A program made the translations under genes and the position numbers. From the NCBI RefSeq assembly GCF_001194135.2, contig NC_068993.1, positions 54,159,199-54,222,975 of the forward strand: a stretch of DNA of 63,777 nt. The letters run 5' to 3'. The stretch comes from Octopus bimaculoides. Taxonomy: Eukaryota. This document shows positions 39,301 to 49,189 of the stretch, piece by piece. Each line of letters starts with the position of its first letter. Within the stretch, counting starts at the first letter, position 1. The notes under the pieces are model-generated. The model was not told the origin of the DNA. It searched no databases and was given only the letters and a program-made list of their open reading frames with translations.

Positions 39301-42300
39301 CAACATAAAAAAAAATATCATACTTCTCAATAAAGTCACTGATGTCCTTATAGTTGCCAAGGTTGGGAACTTTCTTCTTTTTGATAATTTTCCTGACAGC
39401 AGGAGTGAGACCTGTAGGAACAACCCTAATATTACTGGAAAGAAAAGAAGAAAAAACCCATGAGTCAGAAACAGAATTTACAGAAATCATTTAATATCCA
39501 TTGTGCATCCTGGCATGGGTTGGATGGTTTGACCAGGGCTGGCACCAGACTCCAGTCTGATCTGGCATGGTTTCTATGGCTGCATGCCCTTCCTAACACC
39601 AACCACTCCAAGAGTGTAATGGGTGCTTTTACGTGCCACCGGCATGGATGCAATTTGTGTGGCTCCAGCACCTGCCACAGCCGCCATTTTACTTGGCTTC
39701 ACGGGTCTTCTCAAGCACGACATAATGCCAAAGGTCTCAGTCTTTCATCACTGCCTCCGTGAGGCCCAACAACATTCCACTCACTCACACTAGTCAAACA
39801 TAAAAAGCATATACACACGAAAATAGCAGCTGTATTTATCATTTCATTTAGCTCCAGCCACAGCATTGAGAAGCACTCCACCAGAGGTATCATCATCATC
39901 ATCATTTAATGCTCCATTTTCAATTCAAAGAATTCATTGAGGTATTCTCTACAGTTGGATGCTCTTCCTGTCACCAAACCTTATGTTTCCAAGTAAGGTA
40001 ATATTTTCTTATAGCCAGGCATGGTCTTCATTGAAAACGAGTGGTAATGCATGGTTATACTCATCACATGATATCAAGTCAAAGACACTCACACACAGAC
40101 ATACACATAATAGGCTTCTTTCAGTTTCCATCTGCCAAATCTGCTTTGGTAGGCTCAGGGTTGTAGTAGAAGATACTTGCCAAGGTCCTGTACAGTAGGA
40201 CTGAACCCAAGACCACAGAGTTGGGGAGCAAGTTTCTTAGCACACAGCCACGCTTGCACCTAAAATAACAACGGCTGTGATCCGAGTCCTTCTTGCCTAC
40301 CTTCGCTGTTGCCACAACCAGAAGCGAGTTTTACAGAAACAGACTGGAGAGAGGAGAATATGAAACATGCCTACACTGCATGTAACCCATACAATAAAGT
40401 ATTACATTTAATAACAGTATAACTTTGTTGGCGGGAAACAGAGAGAAGGAAAAAGTTTCAAAGTATTTACTTACTAATGTCGGAATTGTATTAATTTTGT
40501 TTCAGGATCATAAAATAACAAGACACAGCGCCTGATTCGTTTTAGTTTCACCTGAAATGAAATTAAAAGCAAATTTAACCCTTTTGTTACCATATTCCTG
40601 TTGCCATATAACTCCTTTGTTTCAATTAAAATAAGGAAGAATTTAGTAAAATAACTTTCTCATTGTGGGAAGTGTGATTGTTTCAGTTGCACTGATCACA
40701 AAACCTGTATATGTGTGTGTGTGTGAGTTGGTATGAAAAGGGTTAAGCAATTGAAGTAACAAAATTTCGTCACATAAACTTACCTGGTTGACATTAATTG
40801 AAGGAAAGAGGTTCTGAAAAACTGTAGCAACAAGCTTCATACTTATTGTTTTTATGTTTAGGTTTTTCATCACCAACAAAGGTTGGTGGTCAAATTGTTT
40901 AGAATTTCGATTGATGGACTTCATTGCAGATTCAACATCTTTTGTTAATGAGTATTCACAGACTTTAAAGTATAAAGTTGGTCCCCGAGGCTGTCGAATG
41001 ATGCGCAGATTCAAATAGTTGTCTGTTCTTGTGAAGCATAATATTTGTGTGACATTAAAATAGCCTGCAATTGTAGTGAAATCTTTCATTTTGTTCCATT
41101 TTTTGACCTAAGAAATAAAATAATGGAAAATACATTACACGAATAAAAGAAAAAAAAAGTCCTAATATGTTACTAAAAAGATTGAAGAAATTTTGTCAAT
41201 CATTTATTGAGATCGTTGCCAGTGCCCCTGGACTGGCTTGTGCGGGTGGCACATAAAAGACACCATTTCGAGCGTGGCCGTTGCCAGTATCACCTGACTG
41301 GCCTTCGTGCAGGTGACACGTAAAAGCACCTACTACACTCTCTGAGTGGTTGGCGTTAGGAAGGGCATCCAGCTGTAGAAACTCTGCCAAATTTAGATTG
41401 GAGCCTGGTGTTGCCATCCGGTTTCACCAGTCCTCAATCAAGTCGTCCAACCCATGCTAGCATGGAAAGCGGACGTTAAACGATGATGATGATGATGAAA
41501 GGTTAGGCTTTGAAACTCATTCTACTTCTGGCAATATTATTAACATCATCATCATTGTAATACCCATCTTTCAATGCTTGCAGGGGTCAGACGGGAGTTT
41601 ATTGAGGCAGATTTTTCTACAGCTAAATGCCATTCATGTTGCCAAGCAAGGTAGTAATTTCCTGCAACCAGACATGTTTTTGGAGAATATGGAAATGCAT
41701 GACATTCATCTACAACAATTATGCAATGCCAAGACAAGGTGACACAAACACACTCCATATTCAATAGGTTTCTTTCAGTTTGTCTTCCAAACCCACTGAC
41801 AAGGCTTTTGGTTGGCCTGAGGGCGAAAGTAGAAAACATTTGCACAAGGTTCCATGCAGTGGGACTGAACCTAAAACCATAGGGCTGGAAGCAGGCTTCT
41901 TGTCCACACAATCACGTTTGTGCCAACAGACACAATCATTTAATGTCCATTCTCCATGGGTTGGTCAGTTTGACAGGAGAGCTGCACCAGGTTCCAATTG
42001 TCTGGTTTGACATGGTTTCCATGGCTGGGTGCTCTTCCAAACGCCAACCATTCTACAGAGTAAACTAGTGCTTTTTTTTACATGGCATCAGCATGTCATT
42101 TACATTAAAAATTGACAATGTCATTCACAGGCATAAATGCATGCATGAAGAACACGAGAAAAAATATTTAGGCTTCAAAGAATATATACCTTCAATTTGG
42201 ATGCAGTATAAGGTTCCATGACTTTCCTAAAATCTTTTACTAACTGTTGTACATATTTGCCTACATTCCCACTTTTAATGACAAATGAATGGGGAGCCTT

Positions 42301-42420
42301 TTTGAAATCTGAATCCTCTTCTTTCTGTGTTGCTTTATGTGCACGCACAGACTTTGCCTGGAAGAAACAAGAAGTGAAAATAATACTAACATTATCTCAA
42401 AATTTACAACATCCTGAAAA

Positions 42421-42471
<51 letters not shown>

Positions 42472-44126
42472 TATACATACTTTGGTCCAGATGGACTATA
42501 TGTAATCTGAACCTTCCCCCCTTGTTTTNNNNNNNNNNNNNNNNNNNNNNNNNNNNNNNNNNNNNNNNNNNNNNNNNNNNNNNNNNNNNNNNNNNNNNNN
42601 NNNNNNNNNNNNNNNNNNNNNNNNNNNNNNNNNNNNNNNNNNNNNNNNNNNNNNNNNNNNNNNNNNNNNNNNNNNNNNNNNNNNNNNNNNNNNNNNNNNN
42701 NNNNNNNNNNNNNNNNNNNNNNNNNNNNNNNNNNNNNNNNNNNNNNNNNNNNNNNNNNNNNNNNNNNNNNNNNNNNNNNNNNNNNNNNNNNNNNNNNNNN
42801 NNNNNNNNNNNNNNNNNNNNNNNNNNNNNNNNNNNNNNNNNNNNNNNNNNNNNNNNNNNNNNNNNNNNNNNNNNNNNNNNNNNNNNNNNNNNNNNNNNNN
42901 NNNNNNNNNNNNNNNNNNNNNNGGGGGGGGGAGGGTTCAGATTACATATAGTCCGTCTCTACCCATACTTTTTAAAATTATTATTAAAGTTGTAACAACA
43001 TCACAAAAAAGCTGCTACTCAGACTTTCACATTCCTGTTTGTTGGGCTGTTGTGATTAAGACTTCTTAACCACAACAGCCAAACGAATGGGAATTTGAAA
43101 CTGAATAGCAGTTTTTTTTTTTTGGTGATGGTTTTGCAGCTTTAGTAAAAACAAAAAAAAAACATATTACTCTACCTCCGGTATTTGAGTACTATTTTTT
43201 ACCACCTTGTTTCGCATTTACGTGCTTTACTGGTGTGTGTGTGTGTGTATATATATAATATATACAGTAAGAAACCCATGTAATTTATGCACATTTTTCG
43301 CAAAAACTAAAATAAACTTTAGTGGGTGTGTAAATTACAAGTAGATTGTTTACAGAATTCTTTTGTTAAAAAATGATGTACAAATGTAAACGTTCATACC
43401 AGAAGTTGACTTATTTAATGTCAGAATAGGTTTTTACAGAAAAAATACGAAGTATAGGCACAGTACAACACTGATCGAGCCGATAACAGTTACTGCTTCG
43501 AGGTTTTGTATTAGAGTTAATACCTGCCCATANNNNNNNNNNTTTTTTTTTTTTTTTTCTTTTTCATTTAGCCTGTCCATAAAATTTATACATTCGTTGT
43601 AGGATACCTGTGTGATGTTCAAAAATTAGTGACACGATCACTAAAATGAACCAATACTCAAGCGATTGCTGTGGGAAGAACCCAGCAAATTCAGAATTGC
43701 AAAAATTATGCCAATATTAAAAGAAAAATTAAATACGAGGAAAATTTTTCTTTCACACACGCACGTGTCTGAAATACTACACGTGTCTTGGTGAAAATAA
43801 ATCTATTTATTTAAAAGCTTGGAAAACTCTAAAAGACAGATTCAAAATCATTAAAAAAAAACCGGCAATCTTTCGTTTTACGCAATAATATTTTGTTGAA
43901 AATAGTTATTTATAACTAATTTCGTTAATTAGAAATAATTACTTGTTTTATATTTATAAATAATTAAGATTTCGTTGTTCGTGTCGCACGTGTGTTTACT
44001 TATGCAGTACATTATTATCATGAATATATCACACAACCTACATATTTCAGATATTATATTTTCCAATCTATCAATAGAACACGAAGGATAATAATAACAA
44101 AGAATTCGTACCCGTTTCCGTGGCAT
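33742..44126 (-). CDS. PPAN: Peter Pan / Suppressor of SWI4 1 homolog (Brix-domain ribosome biogenesis factor), complete, 473 aa
   Basis: Exons 44112-44126 (MPRKR), 42190-42357 (APHSFV..FRKVMEPYTASKL), 40784-41107 (PRGPTLYF..QPLLV..FQNLFPSINV), 40475-40551, 39324-39434, 38108-38221 (LSESEAE), 36837-36980 (LTELGPRMTLQL), 35613-35746, 35088-35183 (DDIEYYRQEV) and 33742-33980 (K-rich tail, stop). Total 1422 nt with consistent phases. Confidence 0.96.
36351..36380. repeat. (TA)n microsatellite; other compound microsatellites at 42429-42472 (TA/CA) and 51093-51156 (TC/TA)
   Basis: Directly visible. Confidence 0.9.
38985..39192. mobile_element. Non-autonomous mariner remnant
   Basis: Ends AAAGCCAGGAACTTCTCGGTTCCCCTCATA (mariner-type terminus plus TA). 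The internal KCVNQRG..IE resembles the mariner transposase C-terminus. Confidence 0.6.
43026..43099. repeat. 74-nt imperfect hairpin (35-bp bulge-free stem)
   Basis: TTCACATTCCTGTTTGTTGGGCTGTTGTGATTAAG pairs in register with CTTAACCACAACAGCCAAACGAATGGGAATTTGAA. On the + strand it has 3 mismatches and 3 G-U pairs. Confidence 0.85.
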
Positions 44127-44218
44127 CTTCGAGAATTTAATGGAAGGGAAAACTTCAAAACGGAAATGGTTTTTATAGAAATTCCAAAACCTTCCACGAT
44201 TATCTCCCTTTAAATAAC

Positions 44219-44277
44219 TTTCTTCTCCTTCTTCTTCTTCTTCTTCTTCTCCTTCTCCTTCTTCTCCTTCTTCTTCC
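44219..44277. repeat. (CTT/CTC)n microsatellite about 100 nt upstream of the PPAN ATG
   Basis: Directly visible pyrimidine trinucleotide run. Confidence 0.9.
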
Positions 44278-44560
44278 ATTAGTCTTCAATGCAGTTTTCC
44301 TTATTTCTCTCTGCTTTTCTTTTTTCCCACAAATGAGAAGGCATCCTCCATAACATTAATCTGTTAAAATATTTGGGTATTATTTTATCTGTCTTCACGT
44401 TCTCAGTTCAAATTCGGGATCGATAAATTAACTACCAGTTGTGTACTGGTCCCCTCCCCCAAAATTTTGGGCATTGTGCCTAGAGTAGAAAAGAAAAAAA
44501 TGTAGGCAATCTATCTGTTTGTCTGTCTGTCTGTCTATCCTTCTATCTATCAACAACAAA

Positions 44561-45020
44561 TGGTTTGCCCTCAAGAGAGCAGTAAAAGAGGAAGTGATTA
44601 GATATAGCAAAGCACAAGCCATAGATAGAAACAGAGTAGAGGGTGAGCTAGTTAAGAAGTTAGAAGAGGCGATAAGAAATGACATCGCATCCGACGTTTT
44701 GGCGGTGAGGTTGGCCCTCAACCAACACTACAATGCCAAACACAAAGGGTGTGTTGTCAGGGCTAGGATGCGTGCTCTAAGAAACGAGAGGCCTGGGTGG
44801 CGGAGTCGCAACGGAGCAACAAAGCCACCATTCGGTCTCTGGTAGATGAACAGGGCCGCGAATTGCTCGAGTCTGGCAAGATGTGCGAGGCGTTTCAGCA
44901 GCATTTTGCCTGACAGTTCGGAACTAGTGCGAGCGAGAACGCAGGGTGGACTTTAGTGCCAGCCTGCTACGACTCTCGGCAAGATAGGCAGAGTGCTGCG
45001 AAGGTGCCATCACAGCGGAT
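44561..45020 (+). mobile_element. L1/Tx1-clade LINE ORF2 fragment (endonuclease-RT linker)
   Basis: WFALKRAVKEEVIRYSK..GCVVRARMRALRNE, then a frameshift to ATIRSLVDEQGRELLESGKMCEAFQQHFA. Confidence 0.7.
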
Positions 45021-45279
45021 TTCATTGTACAGTGTCTTGGCCACAACATCATGTCTCATAGGGACCCCCTTATAAACGCTTATGAAATTTATAGATAAAT
45101 ATTTGCTTAAAATAACATATTTTTACATTTATTTATTTAACAGTATTTAACAAATAGGTTTATTGTCAATTAAAAGATATCGATTAAAAAATATATATAA
45201 AATCAAATTGCCCATAAAAAGTATTTGCTGTCCACGGACCACAGTTTGAAAACCCCTGGTTTATAAAGTAGTGTAGCTG

Positions 45280-47654
45280 AGTGAACAAAATCATGAAATC
45301 AGCTGTGTTGTCTTATTTATCGGTCTTTCGGAGCTCATAGTTCCAATATCTACCGTTAGGTGTCGTCGTCGGNNNNNNNNNNNNNNNNNNNNNNNNNNNN
45401 NNNNNNNNNNNNNNNNNNNNNNNNNNNNNNNNNNNNNNNNNNNNNNNNNNNNNNCGTCGGTTGTGATTGTTTTGAAATCAGATTTGTTTACATCTGTTTC
45501 TCGGTTATTGTCTCATTCTCATTCATTCGTAACTTTATTTTTACCCCCATGGCTCCGAAGAAAATTCATAGTGAAACTGCTAAGCGCCATGCTATAACGC
45601 TGGAAGATAAACTGGTTATGATAAAACGCCATGAAAAAGGTGAAAAAGTGGTAGCAATTGCCCGATCTTTTGGGATGAGTCGGACAACTGTATCGACGAT
45701 TATACATTATAAGGACAAGATTTTAGCACATATCAAATCTGAAGCCCCAGGGATGAAGAACACTGTCATTAATAAGAAAAGAGGCAAAATCTTTGAAGAA
45801 ATGGAAAGTCTTCTTTCTCTTTGGATTGTTTGGTTGAATCGTCAGCGTGCTCCTATTAGTCAAAAAATAATTCAAGAGAAAGCGTTGTCTTTGTTTGAGG
45901 AACTGAAGAAAAAATATCCACATGAGAAAGATGTAGAGTTCAAGGCAAGTCAAGGATGGTTCATGAGATTTAAGGAGCGAAGAAGTTATCACTACATTAA
46001 GGACCGAGGTGAAAGTGCATCAGCTGTCGAACAAGCAGCAGCGGAATTTCCTAATGCATTAAAGAAAATCATCGAAGAAAACGGGTTTCTTCCCGAACAG
46101 ATTTTTAACGTAGACGAAACTGGATTGTATTGGAAGAAATTGCCAGACCGTTCATTCATTTCCAAGGAGGAGAATACTATTCCAGGCTACAAGGCCTCAA
46201 AAGAACGTGTGACCATTATGTTGGGAGGTAATTGTACAGGAGATTTTAAGTTAAAGCCATTACTTGTGTATCATGCACACAACCCCCGTGCCCTGAAGAA
46301 CATACCCAAGGCATCCCTCCCTGTCATATGGATGGCTAATTCAAAAGCATTAGTTACTGTTGTTGTTTTTGAAGATTGGTTCTTCAATCATTTTATCCCA
46401 GCAGCAGAGAAGTACTGTAAGGAAAAAAGGATTCCTTTTAAGATTTTACTAATCTTAGATAATGCCCCTGGCCACCCACAAAATATCGTAGATTTTGACC
46501 CCAACGTTACCGTCGTATACCTCCCTCCGAACACCACGTCTCTTCTGCAGCCAATGGATCAGGGAATAATTGCTATCTTCAAGCGTTACTATATGAAGCG
46601 TACGCTGCAGCAAGCAATAGCTGCAACTGATCTTCATGAGTCCATCACACTTCGTGACTTTTGGAAGAGATACGATATCTACAAGGCTGTACAGAACATA
46701 GCAGCGGCATGGAATGATGTACAGAGCACGGCTATGAATGGTGTATGGAAGAAGCTTTGCCCGCAATTCGTGAATAATTTTAAGGGGTTTGATAATGTTG
46801 CCATCAATAAAACGTTGGTGACTACGAGCAAAGAACTGGAAATGGATTTGGAGGAGGAGGATTTCACAGATTTATTTGAAAAAGACCAGCAGCCCCTGAC
46901 GGACGAGGATCTGATAGAGCTTCACGAGCAGCAAAATAAAGAAGAAAAGGAAGTTGAACCCGAGCCACGTCACTTTACCATTAAGAAAATGCAGCAAGCA
47001 TTTGCATATATCGAAAAAGGTCTTTCTATGTTCGAGGATATGGATCCAAATGTTCAGCGCTTTTCCAAGATTATGGGGACTTGTCACGAAGCTCTTGCTC
47101 CTTATAATGTAATCCTTGAGGAAAAGAAGAAGAAGGCTGTTCAAGGAACTCTCAACCAGTTTCCTAAGCGCGTCGAACAAGAACAGCCAGAGTCAGCTGT
47201 TGATGCTGACGATCCACAGCCATCGACATCTGCGATGTGAATCACCAAATTGTATGTACCTATTGGTAAGTTTAAAATAATTTAGGGTTTTTTTACTATT
47301 GCAAAATAATGATAATTACTTAATTTGTTTTTTAAGCTTAATAAAGGCTTTTATTTTACCATGTCTTATAGCAAACCACATTCATAAATAAAGCGTCCGC
47401 GATGTACGGTAAACACCGCCAAATGGTATTCGTTAATTTAGATTGCTTTTTTTTACTGTACTGCATTAAAAGATTAAAATTATTTGTTTGTAAGCTTAAA
47501 ATAGGTTTTTATTAACCATGTTTTATTGAAAATGCATTCATAAATAAAGTACAGAATTGGGAATCGTTATTATCGGTTTAGCCTAGAGACAAGTTAATTC
47601 GACTTACGTCGTTTCACCTGGAACCAATTAACTACGTAGGGTGAGGTAGGCCTG
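45280..47654 (+). mobile_element. Tigger-like DNA transposon; right TIR present, left TIR not visible
   Basis: Right end GGAACCAATTAACTACGTAGGGTGAGGTAGGCCTG followed by TA (47655-47656) is a Tigger-type terminus. Two imperfect ~160-nt direct repeats, each with AATAAA (47387, 47543), lie in the 3' region. Left boundary is approximate. Confidence 0.75.
45549..47240 (+). CDS. Tigger/pogo (TIGD1-like) transposase, intact 563 aa
   Basis: N-terminal CENP-B-type HTH regions (ITLEDKLVMIK..IARSFGMSRTTVSTI; FKASQGWFMRFK). Catalytic triad IFNVDETGLYW / LILDNAPGH / QPMDQG with 32 residues between the second and third Asp. No stops or frameshifts. The ATG at 45549 is the first plausible start after the N gap. 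Confidence 0.93.
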   Translation: MAPKKIHSETAKRHAITLEDKLVMIKRHEKGEKVVAIARSFGMSRTTVSTIIHYKDKILAHIKSEAPGMKNTVINKKRGKIFEEMESLLSLWIVWLNRQRAPISQKIIQEKALSLFEELKKKYPHEKDVEFKASQGWFMRFKERRSYHYIKDRGESASAVEQAAAEFPNALKKIIEENGFLPEQIFNVDETGLYWKKLPDRSFISKEENTIPGYKASKERVTIMLGGNCTGDFKLKPLLVYHAHNPRALKNIPKASLPVIWMANSKALVTVVVFEDWFFNHFIPAAEKYCKEKRIPFKILLILDNAPGHPQNIVDFDPNVTVVYLPPNTTSLLQPMDQGIIAIFKRYYMKRTLQQAIAATDLHESITLRDFWKRYDIYKAVQNIAAAWNDVQSTAMNGVWKKLCPQFVNNFKGFDNVAINKTLVTTSKELEMDLEEEDFTDLFEKDQQPLTDEDLIELHEQQNKEEKEVEPEPRHFTIKKMQQAFAYIEKGLSMFEDMDPNVQRFSKIMGTCHEALAPYNVILEEKKKKAVQGTLNQFPKRVEQEQPESAVDADDPQPSTSAM

Positions 47655-48512
47655 TATTTATAATGCAGAGATTGTATTATGTGAGTTCACCTCCTATGAG
47701 GTTAACTGGAAATGTCAACTCGTTTACAATTTGCATTTGATAATTTTTCAAATATTGTCATATAATGCATTTATATTGCATAAAATTATTTTTTCTTCTT
47801 CATATTTGCTACATAGCATTGGTTAAATCATGTTGTCAGAATGACTACGAAACTGTGGTTAATAATAAATATCTAAATGTGTCCGTAAATTCTTTTATAT
47901 TTTAAGAAATGTCTTTCCTTGTTTTGTTCCCTACATCCAGCAATCCGCCACAACTATTTCTGAAGATCTTCTACTCGTGTTGTTAATATACTGTCTCAAC
48001 GAAATATAAAAGCAAAAAAAAAAGTACGTATTTATAGTGTTCAAATATATATACAATGTTTTCAAGGCAGAGTTTCTGTAGCAAAGAATTGGAGAGTTTT
48101 GCCTTCATTTTCCTTTCTTTTTAGTATACCTGTATTTCATACAACTGGAATTACGATTCTGAAAGAATCCTTTTTCCCCAAAATTTCAACTTTTAAATAT
48201 TTTTTCGCACTCTATTCCGTGCCCTTTTCTTCATGGCAGTTTGACCATATTTACACACTGAATAGAATTCCTACCTATTCCTTTCCGAGCATGGCCATTT
48301 CCATGATAGCAGCAAAGTCTTGTAGTCTTTCATATTTTTTAATACTGTAGTCTGCTGAATTCACTTTGAATGTTCCGTATTGTATCTTTTGTTTCCATGA
48401 CTAGAATTACTTTTCTAATTCAATGACAGATTCAGCAATAATTCAGTGTCTGTCCACTATACACCTCCACATAGCTTGTGCAGTTCTCACATGGCATCAT
48501 TTATCTACACCT

Positions 48513-48659
48513 AAGTTCCTGAGTAACCACGAGATCAGAGAGGACTGTATATAGCTATGTAACTTTTATCATCTTTACTGTTCAATTATTCAGGTAAAGA
48601 TGATAAAAGTTACATAGCTATATACAGTCCTCTCTGATCTCGTGGTTACTCAGGAACTT
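48513..48659. repeat. Perfect inverted repeat: 66-bp arms, 15-nt spacer
   Basis: 48513-48578 is the exact reverse complement of 48594-48659, checked base by base. Confidence 0.97.
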
Positions 48660-49189
48660 CTTGAATTGAAATAAAATTTTTGCTGTAGAATCTCTACTGT
48701 TTAAGTATCCTCTATATCTTATGCTATTTCTCTTATTATTTCAGGATACTAACTGACACTAACAACAGAAAATGATATTTACATCAGAAGCATCATCAAT
48801 ATTTGTTTTAAAAGCCCAAGAAAGATGTTATACAGAACAAATAGAACCATGTTTATGTAAATCTGGTGAATTATGGTGAAATGTTTCTTCTGACTGATGT
48901 TCACATTTATATAAGTCACTGTCTGTAATGAGTACAAAATAATTTTGCATTCTAAATAGGCTTAGATAAATTGATAAAGGACTTTACAACAGCTTTATAT
49001 ATTGGTGAAGAACACAGTTGGTGGAAATATAGCAGAAAGAATATTCATTACATATAATCTGTAAAAAGTGAAATGAAAAAGTATACATATGTTGTGAGAA
49101 GAGAAGCTAAATGAGCTTAAAGATGTTTTTTTTCTCCTAAAGAGTTGATGGAAACAATAAGGAATCTCAGGATATTGTAGTATCGTAAT

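Noticed and set aside
43929-44279. 116-aa ORF with poly-Glu start overlapping PPAN exon 1
   Set aside because: The poly-Glu comes from the CTT microsatellite, and only MPRKR is real coding sequence.
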